From Octopus sinensis (taxonomy: Eukaryota), in assembly GCF_006345805.1 (NCBI RefSeq), contig NC_043005.1:80228001-80292000 (forward strand): a DNA stretch of 64,000 nucleotides, written 5' to 3'. A program made the translations under genes and the position numbers. The stretch's first letter is position 1. Every line of letters begins with the position of its first letter. Positions 24,810-38,050 of this stretch are shown here, piece by piece. Under the pieces are notes generated by a model. That model did not search any database and was not told where the DNA came from. It saw nothing but the letters and a program-made list of their open reading frames with translations.

Positions 24810-25530
24810 CTTTTTAGATCAGCTGCTGACTGAGAGGGCTTAAAACATTAGTGACAGATATTATTCAAGTTTCTTCTCCATCATTACCCTTTGGAATCTG
24901 ATTCTGAAGGAATATTTTTGTGAACTAACATACGTCTTTTAAGTCCAGGTATTGTCTTACAAGTTTTGTGAACAAGTCGTAAGAAGCGGTTGGTATTCGA
25001 GGTTATTACCTACCTGGGCATTTCTATTTTCATGTGACGTCATATGATTCAGGTATCCTACTTTTCACAACAGAACACAATCACACATAATGCATATCCA
25101 GTATTCAGTGCTGATTTCAGTTCCAATAGTTCCTTTCCAAAAGGCTATTTTAAGCTCAGCACACTGAATCATCTTCTCCTCCCAGGCTTTGCAACCTGTC
25201 CGAACAGCGCCTCTCCACTTGTTCCGCTCTAGAACATCACCTTCCCAATCGTTTTCGTTCATATCTAGTTTCCTCAGGTTTTCCTTCACACAGTCTTTAT
25301 ACTTTTTCCTCAGCTTATGTTGTGGTCGCTTGTCAGAGTTGAGCTCACCATAGAAAAGACGCTTTGGCGATCGCTCATCTTTCATTCTTATAACAGGACC
25401 AGCCCATCTCATTTCAGCCAAGATAATATGTTGCTCAATTGAGCTGCAACGTGCCATGCGTGAACGTCTGTATCTGATATGAAACATTCCCACTTCACTC
25501 TTAAGATACGTCTGAGTGACTTTTGACGAA
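24810..25530 (-). mobile_element. RTE-clade LINE, 3' ORF fragment with C-terminal zinc-finger-like motifs
   Basis: SIEQHIILAEMRWAGPVIRMKDERSPKRLFYGELNSDKRPQHKLRKKYKDCVKENLRKLDM...DRNKWR-like ERNKWR. Then CIMCDCVLL*KVGYLNHMTSH and CH*CFKPSQSAADLKSHLR. Confidence 0.88.
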
Positions 25531-25865
25531 ATCAATAGATAGATAGACAGATGCATACATATATGTGTATGTATTTACGTATACATGCTCAGTAGCTCAA
25601 CCTACTGCAATTAACAACCAATGCACTTCAAATCGCAAACTAGTGTGGCGTTTGAAAGATGGTGAAGTGAGTAAAACGAAAGTATTGCGATTGTGTAAAA
25701 TCTGTCTGTTATCCTACTGCTCACGGAAGAATGACATGTATCCGAACAACAACTAAAACGAATTTTTAGTTCTGAAACTATATTTACAAATGCCCCTTGG
25801 AACAGATGTAGGTGACTTGCTTTTACTGATCACTGATCGTAATATATTCATAAAATAAATGTTAA

Positions 25866-26386
25866 CCTTTTGACGCCTGTATTACCCGAAGCATGCGAGA
25901 CACTGCTCCGGTTTTTTTTTTATCTGAGGCCACACAAACACACAAGTGCCAACGAACTCGCGTCTATTTACGTTCACCGTTACAATAACATAGCGTCGTA
26001 CATTTACGTCTACCGGTTTAGGAAAACGAACTATGTGAAACTATTTATCATAATATTATATGCATGAGTTATTCTGCTCAAGTTCAGAAAATAGCTTGAG
26101 TGTCGTACAACTCAAAACACGGTATTATGCATGTAAGGTATCCGCATGCCATTGGTCTACTGCTAGTCTCATAACTTGAACGTAACCTAAAATAGCTAAG
26201 ATAATGCACGGGACGGCGAGCGCGCGCACCTAAAGAGATAAAGCACATGATAGCGAACGTAAACATACGTCAGCCGCTAAAAAGTCCGTGATAGATGTAG
26301 GGCAGCTCTACATCGTATATTTACGTTAACCGCGGGTAGGCAAGCAAAAGTGAGATCGCATATTTGCGTCAACCGTTGTCAAGGGG
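25866..26386. mobile_element. piggyBac-type non-autonomous element
   Basis: TTAA at 25862-65 and 26387-90. Short TIRs ccttttgac and gtcaagggg. Four subterminal 15-bp repeats (tatttacgttcaccg-like). Confidence 0.65.
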
Positions 26387-26704
26387 TTAATTTGATTTTT
26401 CTTTTATCATTGACTTCACAATGAATTTCGCTTTATACAAACAAAAATTATCTCTTAGACAACAGCAATTTTAATAAATGCAATAAGGCTGTAAACACAT
26501 ACATATCCTAGCACAATCAAACACAAACACACACGCGCGCGCGCGCACTCACACACAACACACACATACAAGCATATACCAACATATATATAGGTGCATG
26601 GGTGTATGTATAATTGTATGTACCTGTATGTGTATGGTATATATCTATAAGTGACTTTTTATACATATGTGGTTGCGAGTAAATATATATATATATATAA
26701 ATAC

Positions 26705-26773
26705 ATGAAAGAATGGAGTTGAACGACGATTTTGTAAATTTTGTTAATTCGTCGTTCAACTCCATTCTTTCAT
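26705..26773. repeat. Perfect 25-bp inverted repeat with 19-nt spacer
   Basis: atgaaagaatggagttgaacgacga and tcgtcgttcaactccattctttcat. Confidence 0.95.
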
Positions 26774-26918
26774 ATATCTATATTTTAAAAAAAACATACA
26801 AATTTCCACACGAAAGCACGTAACTTCAAACGTGTCTTCTCTTATGTGGATTTGCTACCCAGGTATCGGTTAACCGAATTATCCATAACAAGATAATTCA
26901 TTCTACTACTCAAATATA

Positions 26919-26952
<34 letters not shown>

Positions 26953-27134
26953 TTCGGGATGGTCTTTTTTTTGTCAGATAAACACAGGCATTATATATTG
27001 GTTAGTAACTCGTTTATTGTTCTATAGTATCTTATGTCCTTTGTCCGGAAAATTTCCTCACCTATTTGTGACCTCTTCAGCGAGCTTTTCCGTCCACGTT
27101 TGTCGTTCTACTCTGCGTAATCTAGAATGGATAA

Positions 27135-27309
27135 GCGCACCAACTTAGGCGCCCCAAAACCAGTTTTGGAGTGGTGGAGAAGGACAACCACCAACACAAA
27201 GACACACACACATACACCCATACACACACATGCACACCTACACACTCACATACACTCACGCTCACATACACACTCACACACACACGCACACACACACAAA
27301 CATATACAT

Positions 27310-27349
<40 letters not shown>

Positions 27350-27394
27350 TTTATATATAGATAGATAGATAGATAGATAGGTAGATAGATAGAT

Positions 27395-27425
<31 letters not shown>

Positions 27426-27590
27426 TATACAGTGAGCTGTAACAAATCGAAAAACAAGGCTTTGGTCAGCCTGAGGCTATAGTGGAAAACACTTTGGCAA
27501 GGTGACACACAATGGGACTGAACCCAGAACAATCTGACTGGAAATCAAACTTCATACCACAGTAACTCCTACGTGTATTTTCACACAGCC
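27135..27590 (-). mobile_element. SINE family C, degenerate, with internal microsatellites
   Basis: gctttggtcagcctgaggctatagtgg...gggactgaacccag. Confidence 0.65.
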
Positions 27591-27856
27591 ACGCCTCATT
27601 CGATATATTTCATATGAATACCTTATGCATGTATATATTTTTACATTTCACATATATGCGTGTATATATATATGTATGTATATATATATACATATATATA
27701 CACACAAACAGACACGCAAACACACACAAACATATATATGTGTATGTGTATGTGTGCGTGTATGTAAATGAATATGTTTCTATTTTCATACTCTGAAATA
27801 AGAAATATATCTCCGATTGTATATATATATATGTGTATGTGTGTGTGTGTGTTTGT

Positions 27857-27912
<56 letters not shown>

Positions 27913-28731
27913 GCGTGTGTGTGTGTGAGCGTATGTATATATTCTCGTCTTAATATAAATTACGAAATATATATTTACATATTATGTCTAAGAACACACG
28001 AAGCACTCGGGGTTTCATTGACGAACGTCTTATCCTTGTTTGCATTATACTGCGTATTTGAAGTGTCCTAAAGTTTCCAAATAAAAGATATTTCAAATAT
28101 TTCTATGAACTCATCTGTGTCGATATAAGATGGTTAAGAGACCAAAGTCAGGACGTTTGTTGCTTTTTTGTACGTAGAGTAGATAATTTTATTCATTTCC
28201 ATATATCTATTCCATTATTTTAAATTTTTTCATGAGAAAATACAGAACTGGTTGGTTGATTAGTTTATCTTAAAAGTACCATTGAAGAAATGTAGCGAGA
28301 ATAGCATAATTATTTTTAAGATATATATTGATTATAACTGTTAAATAACATTGTCAACGTCAAAGAACTTTTGTTTCTCAAGATGGCGTCTATCGGCAAA
28401 CTGTCACCTGTCTTAGAGTTAACATTACAATCTGACATTTTCTATTTGTGAAAGACGGCTACTTCACATGTCTTGCATAGAGTTACATTAGAGGCTGATA
28501 TATTTTTCTCTATTTTGGGGAGGTGGGGAAATAAAGACAAATATCTATGCGTGTGTGCGTTTATATGTGTATGTATATATGTAAATACATACATGTGAAT
28601 AAAAGAATCATGAGTGGGGTTTCATAAATCTTACTTTTCCTACATTTCGCCATTTTTATCATGATTTTTGTTTTAACTTTCCTTTTTGTGTTTCGTTAGT
28701 TTTTGAACCAAAAATACTAAAAAAAACACAC

Positions 28732-28779
<48 letters not shown>

Positions 28780-28824
28780 GAGTTATAATATAAACAATAA
28801 AAGAATAACATTTCTTTTCCTTAG

Positions 28825-28905
28825 AATCAATAGAACTGTAGTGATGTTCGAAAAATTTTGACAGTTAATGATTCCGTGGAGTGCTATCTTCTGCATTATG
28901 CAAAG
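28825..28905 (+). other. Candidate exon (non-coding or UTR, or a 72-nt coding exon from the alternative acceptor at 28833)
   Basis: Acceptor tttcttttccttag| and donor AAG|GTAAGT. No homology recognised. Confidence 0.3.
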
Positions 28906-29289
28906 GTAAGTTTTTCTGTTCTTACTCCCGTTCTTGATCTATCATTCTTTGATACATGCACACATACATATATACATACATATATAAATACTACGTATAT
29001 ATATATATATATATAAGCTAACTACTTTATATAGGTATCTGTATATTCATGAATAAATGAGTAGTATCTGCTTTTGTATATATCTATGTATTAGCCTGAA
29101 TGCAAGAAAGATTGGCATTAGAATTTAGTATAATATGTCATAACATTTTTTATTTACCTCTTCAGAAATTCTTTTGTCACTTATGATGGAAAAGCGTAAT
29201 AGAGATTCAATATACATCCAATTATTCATTTTTTCTTATTATTGACAATGTTGACTTAAGCCGATTTCTCGCGCTTACGCTTACAATTA

Positions 29290-29344
29290 TACATATGCAT
29301 ATATACATATATGCATGTGTGTGTATATATTATATATAGATATA

Positions 29345-29412
<68 letters not shown>

Positions 29413-29433
29413 TATATAACTATATATATATAT

Positions 29434-29519
<86 letters not shown>

Positions 29520-29527
29520 CATACATA
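29290..29527. repeat. (TA)n-rich microsatellite
   Basis: Direct reading. Confidence 0.95.
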
Positions 29528-30020
29528 TGTATCCAGTGTTTTGAAACTTATCTATTGTTCCCACTTTCGTTACTCTTGTTGAAAAAAATGAAACGCCAGG
29601 CTGAAATATATTTTGTTGGAATCTCGATTCAACTTCTTAATTTTAAAAAGATAATAAAATAAAAAATAAAAATTAAACAATTCGTTGAAAGAAGCATAGA
29701 AATACATCGAAAACATCCATATTATGTATGATGTTAACGTTTCCTTATATCTATTTTGATAGTGAATACTCATATGTGTTTTTCATTCTTGTGTTTTGTG
29801 TAGTGGCATACAGTAACATACGGTGCTTGAATCAGTTAATTTTATTCTAACGCTCACAACTTTCAATGAGTGATCGCAATTCTCCTTAAAAAGAACTTTT
29901 GGACTTTCAACGAGGTTGATTGTTTGTTATATTTTAAAGAAGTTAATATTTTTTCCTTTACAAAAGCATGATAAAATATATAGATATGTTTGTGTGTGTG
30001 TGTGTATGTGTGTGTGTGTA

Positions 30021-30074
<54 letters not shown>

Positions 30075-30198
30075 CTTTATCAGAAATTTGTTGTTAAACT
30101 TCGAACGATTCATAAGTGAATAAAATCAGATCTGGTTTTAGAGATTATCGTCAGGTAAATTTGATTCGACAAGAATTACACAGGCACACACACACACA

Positions 30199-30235
<37 letters not shown>

Positions 30236-30239
30236 CACT

Positions 30240-30400
30240 ACAGGCTACTTTCAATTTCCGTCTACCAAATCCGCTCACAAGTCTTTGGTCGGCCCGAGGC
30301 TATAGTAGAAGATACTCTCCGAAGGTGCCACGCAGTGGGATCGAACTCAGAACAATATGGTTGGTAATCAAGCTTCTTATCACACAGCCACTCCTGCACC
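30240..30400 (-). mobile_element. SINE family C, 5' half
   Basis: tttccgtctaccaaatcc...cacacagccactcctgcacc. Confidence 0.8.
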
Positions 30401-30452
30401 TATCTATCCATTTATCTATCTATCTATCTGTACACACACACACAAACACACT

Positions 30453-30524
<72 letters not shown>

Positions 30525-30576
30525 CAAAAGCACACCACACCACACATATATATATATATATATGTACACACACTCG

Positions 30577-30608
<32 letters not shown>

Positions 30609-31152
30609 ATTTAGAGAAAAAACACTATTATACAATTCCATAACGAAAGATCTTATTCACACCATATAGATAACATATACTATAAAACAATTATTTAAAA
30701 TCAATAAAGTACAAGAAATAATAAACAGTAGGAAAAAGACTACGCACGTTTCATAGCTATATTTTCAAATAGATAATAATAAATAATAATAATGAAATCA
30801 ATTCAATTTAAAATTAGGTTGAACTAAAATTAATTATATTTAAAAATATTGTCACTCATCAAGTCTAAGATAATAAATGATAAAATAACTAATAATAATA
30901 GAATAAATGTACTTATCTTAACTTATACTAATTATCAAATAAAAATATAAAAATATACATGTATTAAGTATAGATAATCGAAAAGCATTTAACTATATGT
31001 CTTAAAATAAAAATATAAACTTATCTTCTCGAAGGATTTTCGTTAATTGTAATAATACATATAATATATAATATATATATATATATATATAATAAATATA
31101 TACAAACATATATACACCCATACACAACATACATACACCACACACTATATTC

Positions 31153-31238
<86 letters not shown>

Positions 31239-31256
31239 ATATATATATATATATAT

Positions 31257-31696
31257 ACATCTTACAATTAAGGGCTAAAGAAGGTTGTTCTACAGTCAAT
31301 ACACTGATTTATCCACTTATAAACCACTTGTTACAGGAAACCATTACAATATGTAGCGGCGATAGGTCAACACGTTGTTCTGAGACTAACCTAGGAATTT
31401 TTATTTTTAGATATAGATGATGTACTTAAATGTAGTTGTGTTTTTAGCTTCTGCTTTTTCCATGATCACATGTGAGTATTTTATATATGTTCCCTCGTAA
31501 GCTCTACTGAAGAAGAATATATCCTTTATAGGGATTAACTCCGAAATTGATTCAATATAGAGATAACGAAATTTAAATTTTCTAAAGGTTAGTTGCCCGC
31601 TTTCAGTTCAATTTTCCTGTAACAAGTGGATTATAAGTGGATAAATCAGTGTATTGGCTATAGAATAACCTTCTTTAGACCTTAATTATAAGATGT
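31257..31696. mobile_element. Penelope-like remnant with 84-bp inverted termini and an internal HHR
   Basis: 31257-31340 is the reverse complement of 31613-31696 with a few mismatches. Confidence 0.7.
31502..31562 (+). ncRNA. Type I hammerhead fold with AUA site and degraded stem II base
   Basis: ctcta-CTGAAGA-...ctcc-GAA-ATTG(att)CAAT-A-tagag. Confidence 0.55.
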
Positions 31697-31876
31697 TTAT
31701 ACTTCAACCGTAAAGGTTTTTTTAATATACTGCCACGCTTTTTGATGGAATCCTTTTCTGTAGAGAAATGGACTTCATCCTATATTGTTAGTATATATAT
31801 ATATATATATATACCAGAGTAAGCACATAAATGTGGAACAATGTGGGAAAAATTCGAATCCCAGAGTAATATATAG

Positions 31877-31943
<67 letters not shown>

Positions 31944-32263
31944 TGTGTTAAACACTTTCGGTATGTAAATTAGGAGCTCCTTCATATAGTAACTGCTGCA
32001 TTTGCTGAGTATATAAGAAGCTTGTATGCTTGTTTGTCTGGAGATTGTCAGGATGATATAGACTCTTCTAATAAAAACATAATAATCTTTGAAAATACAT
32101 TAAGTTTGTTTATCATTGTTTTCTTTTCTTTTCAATCTGCGGAGAAATGGCTAAGTACTAAATGGGGCCAATTTAGCTCTACGCTTACATTTGAATAGCG
32201 TCTTATGCTGAATTTGAACTGTATTGGATTTCGAAGTGCTCTGCCTTTCATGGACACTGGAAG

Positions 32264-32557
32264 CACTTCTCGAACTACGCCTGGCTCATAAGGGCCGGTA
32301 TCCCGGTTTCCTTGGCGTATAGGTTCCCCACATGGACAGGACACTGGTCCATCACAGGTGACCTGCAAGATGCAGGAGTAAAGAGTGAGAGAAAGTTGTG
32401 GCGAAAGAGTCAGCAGAAGTTCGCCATCACTTTCTGCCGGAGCCGCGTGGATGTTAAGTGTTTCGCTCATAAACACACACATCGCCCGGTCTGAGATTCG
32501 AACCCGCGATCCCTCGACCGCGAGTCCGCTGCTCTAACCTCTAGGCCATGTGCCTCC
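32264..32557 (-). mobile_element. tRNA-derived SINE (family E; V-SINE-like organisation)
   Basis: Head GGAGGCACATGGCCTAGAGGTTAGAGCAGCGGACTCGCGGTCGAGGGATCGCGGGTTCGAATCTC has clear A and B boxes. Body ctgtgatggaccagtgtcctgtcc...ggaaaccggga...atgagcc. Confidence 0.85.
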
Positions 32558-33565
32558 GAAAGCATTTATAGTATTGTAATAATGAAACGTGTATCGATGT
32601 GCCCTTCAATTTCGTGGTCCGTTTAATACGCTACTCAAGTTAGAAGGTTTATCTGGCGTAGTGCACAAACCAAATAATGTATTTTGTGAGAGAATACATT
32701 TTGATTTAATGTGGTACGTCAGTGATATTTCCAAATCCACTCGCAACACTAGTGGGGTCATCAATTCTTTCGACTAGCCCCTTCTTGGTGGTGCTCCAGC
32801 ATGGCCGCAGTATCACGACTGAAGCCCGGTGAAAGAAAGACACCCTAACGAGTGCTTGTTTGTTTAAGGCATGGATATTGCACGCACCGAGAGATTTGTC
32901 TGCCTTCATAATTTATCTCCTTTAAATATTCTTATTAACGCACGAGATTTCGTACAGACTTTTGCATGTTGCCAAGACAAAATCCATGAAATTGAACGTT
33001 CAGATAAGGTGATATTTAAAGAAAATAACTGGAGATAAATCACTTTTTCTGTGGGCTACCTGTTCCATTGTATTGTCTGCCAGTTTCTAATGTTGTGAAG
33101 CAGGCGTATCAAAGGAGATCAAATATCGCTGCCACGGTAGTGAGCTACAATAGGAAAAAAGGTCATATACACACAGCACTTAACAATATAAGGCATTGTA
33201 AATATATAACAACAATGGCGAGGTATTCCTGTCAGGTCAACTGGTTGATTCTTTCACTTGACAAGCTATTTATTTGCCTGTTTCGTTGTTTGGAATAAAG
33301 CACGAATTAAAAAGCAGAATAGAAGATAATCAGCCTCAACTATTTTATCTTATCAGATAACAATCAGAAAAGTGAATCACATGAATTAAGGCTGAACATA
33401 ACACAGAGGGCGACACTAGTCAGACAATCTTTACTGTCATTGATGACTCTACTCGACTAAGCTGAGATGTAATTCTAACCCCATTTAATTGTATGACTGT
33501 ATGTACGTGTGCGTGTGTGTGTCTATATATATATATCAATATATATACAATGTAGTTACGTGTGC

Positions 33566-33631
<66 letters not shown>

Positions 33632-34282
33632 GAAGCTCAGAAGGTAGGTAGGGGTAATAAAGGTAGCTAGGTAGATATATATTAGCGCGGCAAATTTTTA
33701 TGATCTTTAGAGAGCTGAATCGTATTTATAGTGGTATTTGTTCCAACTCTTAACGCTCTGGGTTCAAATCTTATCAACTGAGCTCGACCATCCATATAAA
33801 GCACCAAACCATATACTAGTTTTCTTTCTTCTCTCTCCTCTCTCTCTCTATCTATCTGTTTTATCTATTTCCCTTTTCATTCTTTCTTTCTCCCTCTCTC
33901 TCACTCTCTCTGAATCGTGAGCGTTGCATTATGAGAACAGTTATGAGGAGATCACTCAGCATGTCCCTTCCTACAAAACTGAGTAATTGCTGAACGAGAA
34001 ACTGTAAACCTCAACTCCTACAATAACTGATATGTCAAGGACGAAGTGATATGAAGTAGATCAGTAATAGAAAAAAGACAAAAAATCTGTTTTATCCATA
34101 TATCAATCTATCAATCTATTTCTCTCTCCCCCTCTCACTCTCTCTCTCTCTCACCCTCTCTCTCTATATATATATGTGTATGTATATATGTATGTATATA
34201 CATGCGTACACACACACACATATATATATATATGTATCTATGTATGTATAGATATATAGATAGATAGACAGACAGACAAACG

Positions 34283-34314
<32 letters not shown>

Positions 34315-34398
34315 CAAACATACATACATACATACATACATAGAAATGAGTAGTGCAATCGTCAAGGTAGTACCCCAGTATAGATCTATTTGTCTGAA

Positions 34399-34531
34399 GG
34401 CGGCGAGTTGACAGAAACGTTAGCACGCCGGACGAAATGCGTAGCCGTATTTCGTCTGCCGTTACGTTCTGAGTTCAAATTCTGCCGACGTCGACTTTGC
34501 TTTTCATCCTTTCGGGGTCGATAAATTAAGT
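34399..34531 (+). mobile_element. SINE family A, 3'-truncated
   Basis: Intact head and body to ggggtcgataaattaag. Confidence 0.85.
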
Positions 34532-35145
34532 ATATAGCTACAAAACGTCACCAGCTTTGTAAACAGCATGAAGTACGAAATCAAACGAGTCAACTACGCA
34601 AATAACGTGAGACAAAAATGCAAAACAGGACAAGTAACACCGAAAACAACACTTCAACACGTTGTCAGCTGTCTATTTAATCCTCATTTCCAGCATTCAA
34701 CGAAAATATAGGTCTTCGAAGACAGTATCCCATAAATTCGAAAATAAATTTTGGATTTATGGAGGGTTACAGTTGGGAGCAAAACAGGACAATGGAGACA
34801 TAGAAAGAAACCGAACGAAAACAAACACGGTGGGGCATTAGACCAGATCGAGAAGAAAATAGTGACCGCTGGGAGAAATATTTTCTCTGAAAATAGAAAA
34901 GATAGAAGAGAGAGAGATGAAAATCATCCAGTCCTTAGAACGTCGTGTAGGAAAAGAAAGATGTTCACGTGAGGAAAAAAAGATGGATGATGGTTACGTG
35001 TGTACAACGAGAGAGATGAAAAAGAGAAAGAGGGTGAGAGAGAGTGAAAGAGACAGATTGAAAACGGTAAGGGGTGAAAAAGCGAATTAGAGAAGCATGG
35101 GGAGAAAAGTGTATAGAGCAGAATAGATAGATAGATGGCTCGATC

Positions 35146-35189
<44 letters not shown>

Positions 35190-35256
35190 CATACATACAT
35201 ACATACATACATACATACATCATACATACATACATAGACAGTCTGACAAATACATA

Positions 35257-35296
<40 letters not shown>

Positions 35297-35298
35297 TT

Positions 35299-35394
35299 AA
35301 TATTTAGCAAATGCAACAGAGTTTCGGACGATGACACTTGTTAGCGAACAAAACTCTAGGCTTTTGAGTCACTCTGTTTCTTCAGCTAAATATT
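35299..35394 (-). ncRNA. Degenerate hammerhead-like motif
   Basis: 9-bp stem I aatatttag/ctaaatatt encloses CTGAAGA...GAAAC. Stem III and the cleavage site are not canonical. Confidence 0.35.
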
Positions 35395-35797
35395 ATCAAA
35401 GATATGCATATACTCATATTTTAAGTTCTATTTTTCCTGTTTGTATCAACATTTTTTTCATGTCTGTTTTTACCCCTCTGCGAGGCAATTTTATTTTAAT
35501 TCTCTCGCAGGAAGGATTAGTTGACGAGTCGTGGCCTGTCTTGCCTTCGTAACACGCTTGAGTCTGCTAGTGACAGCTGATGATTGGGGATTTTCCTTGT
35601 GTAGTTTGTCCTGTACCTTATTTTTCTGTTGTAAAAATAATGTTTTTCCCGTTTTCGTTTTTCGTTGAGTTCTACGTCTAGTTGTGGTGTCCTGTACTCA
35701 CGTATATATATTTATATATGCATGTATATATACATGTAGATGTAGGTACGTACATATATGTTTGTATGTATGCATATATTTTATTTATTACACTATA

Positions 35798-35853
<56 letters not shown>

Positions 35854-35936
35854 CAACGTGTCATATATCCGAATAATTAGCACACTCTAAATTATAGAGC
35901 AGGAAATTATTTGTAGAATATTTCGTATCTGGTGAT

Positions 35937-36348
35937 AGAGTAATTCTTTGTTTCACATCCTCGAAAGCCATAGCATCGTGGACACTTCATCAGACTCTGT
36001 GCCGAGGACAAAAGTTAACTCTTCACCTCTCAAAAAGTTATCACACCCTGCAAATATTTTAAGCTCTACCTGCTACAATCATAGGACTCTCCGTTCGCTG
36101 ACTAAGCTCGGAAGACTCCTAACGATATATTAAAATGTATAGGTAACTTATTCTCCAAATAGCTTGTGTAGGGAACATGACCCGTCCTCACTTGCCGGGA
36201 CTTTTTATTCTGTGATGGTCCTTTGGCCATTAAGTCCAACAAATTTCCATCTCCGAGGAGTAAACAGTTAATTTTTCCCTAAGACTAGAGTCTAATGAGT
36301 TGTCCACGAAACAACGGCTTTCATGGATTCGAAACCGTTCGTCACTTT
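35937..36348. mobile_element. Penelope-like remnant with two related, oppositely oriented degenerate HHRs
   Basis: 35937-35998 (-): agagt-CTGATGA-a-gtgtcc..ggatgt-GAAA...actct. 36287-36348 (+): agagt-CTAATGA..ggattc-GAAAC..GTC-acttt. Confidence 0.5.
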
Positions 36349-36397
36349 TTGACCAGACCTTAACTCTTTTACTTTGATTATATACATACATACACAT

Positions 36398-36430
<33 letters not shown>

Positions 36431-37069
36431 CAGAGAGAGACAGAGAGAGACAGAGAGACAGACAGATAGACAGACAGAGAGACAGACAGATAGACAGACA
36501 GATAGACAGACGGATAGATAGATTGATAGTTAGATATACATATACGTATAATACACATATGCATACAAATACCCATATATACGTATGTGTATGTGTGTCA
36601 GTGTTTCTAGTTTAAAATATGTCATTGACTTAATCGCACAAAGACGCTATTCACTGAATCTTGACTGTTTTCCGTGAAATTCGAATCTCGAAGAAACATG
36701 GAAACTTTCTGAGTGAATTGGAATTCCGTAAATGCTAAGAACGATGAATTGTTTTGAAAGAATAAATCAAAAGAAATTCTATACGGGAGGTTGCTCGTTT
36801 TCTAGAATGTAAAAGAGATTATGGGGGATCGCTTTTGGTACAATTTTATAAGCGGCCTTACGTGCAAAAAATTTTTTTTTTTTTTATAAAAGAAGAAACG
36901 GAGATAATCTAAGTATCTAATCATGTTTGGAAATACTGGCAGAATCTCTTTTAATTCTGTCATAATATTGTTTAAAGAATATAAATTTAATCATTTGTCA
37001 TTAACCTGTTATCTAATTTTGTAATATATATGTCCAGTTTATTAATATAGATATTTTTCTAATAATTTC

Positions 37070-37123
37070 ATCATCATAATATTCATTATTATCATCATCG
37101 TCACCATCATCACCATCACCAAT

Positions 37124-37170
<47 letters not shown>

Positions 37171-37275
37171 TGTCGTCATCGTAGTCAGCATTATCGTTTT
37201 CGTCGTCATCATCATCATCATCATCATCGTCCTCGTCGTTGTCATCATCGTCATCGTCTTCAAAATCGTCGTTCT
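37070..37275. repeat. (CAT/CGT)n trinucleotide repeat
   Basis: Direct reading. Confidence 0.95.
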
Positions 37276-37552
37276 TTTAACGTCCATCCGCACAAGGCCA
37301 GACGGAGTTTGTTGAAGCTACTTTTTTGAGTGTCACCAACACTCACCTGCTTCCAAGCATGGCAATATTTCCCCACTGGTCGGAAATGTCTTCGCAGAAT
37401 ATTGAAAGAGAATTACACTGCTTATATGACAGGGACTCTCAATTACAACTATCATGCGACGCAAATCAAAGAAACAAACACATCCAGATACATACATACA
37501 TACATACAAACATACATGTGTGTATGTATTCACGTGTATATATATAAACGTA

Positions 37553-37948
37553 GGCACAGGAGTGGCTGTGTGGTAAGTAGCTTGCTTACTATCCACATGG
37601 TTCCGGGTTCAGTCCTATTGCATGGCACCTTGGGCAAGTGTCTTCTACTATAGCCTCGGGCCGACCGTAGCCTTGTGAGTGGATTTGGTAGACGGAAACT
37701 GAAAGAAGCCCGTCGTATATATGTATATATATATGAGTGCTTATGCGTGTGTGTGTTTGTCGCTTGACAACAGATGGTGGTGTGTTTACGTCCCCGTAAC
37801 TTAGCTGTTCGGCAAAAGAGACAGATATAATAAGTACTAGGCTTCCAAACAATAAGTCCTGGGATCGATTTGCTCGACTAAAGGCGGTGCTCCAGCATGG
37901 CTGCAGTCAAATGACTGAAACCAGTAAAAGAATAAAAGAGTAAGAGAG
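37553..37948 (+). mobile_element. tRNA-derived SINE family C, full length
   Basis: Head ggcacaggagtggctgtgtggtaag...gggttcagtcc, internal TA/TG tract, tail ggcggtgctccagcatggctgcagtcaaatgactgaaac(cagtaaaag)n. Confidence 0.9.
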
Positions 37949-37988
37949 TATATATATGTGTGTGTGTGTGTGTGTATGTATATATATA

Positions 37989-38048
<60 letters not shown>

Positions 38049-38050
38049 AA

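Noticed and set aside
25590-25690. RKLVWRLKDGE|gtgagt, Ig-like exon candidate
   Set aside because: Only a WxxKDG resemblance, with no supporting acceptor or neighbouring exons.
32480-32557. tRNA gene
   Set aside because: It has A and B boxes, but the anticodon arm and acceptor stem are disrupted and it runs into a SINE body.
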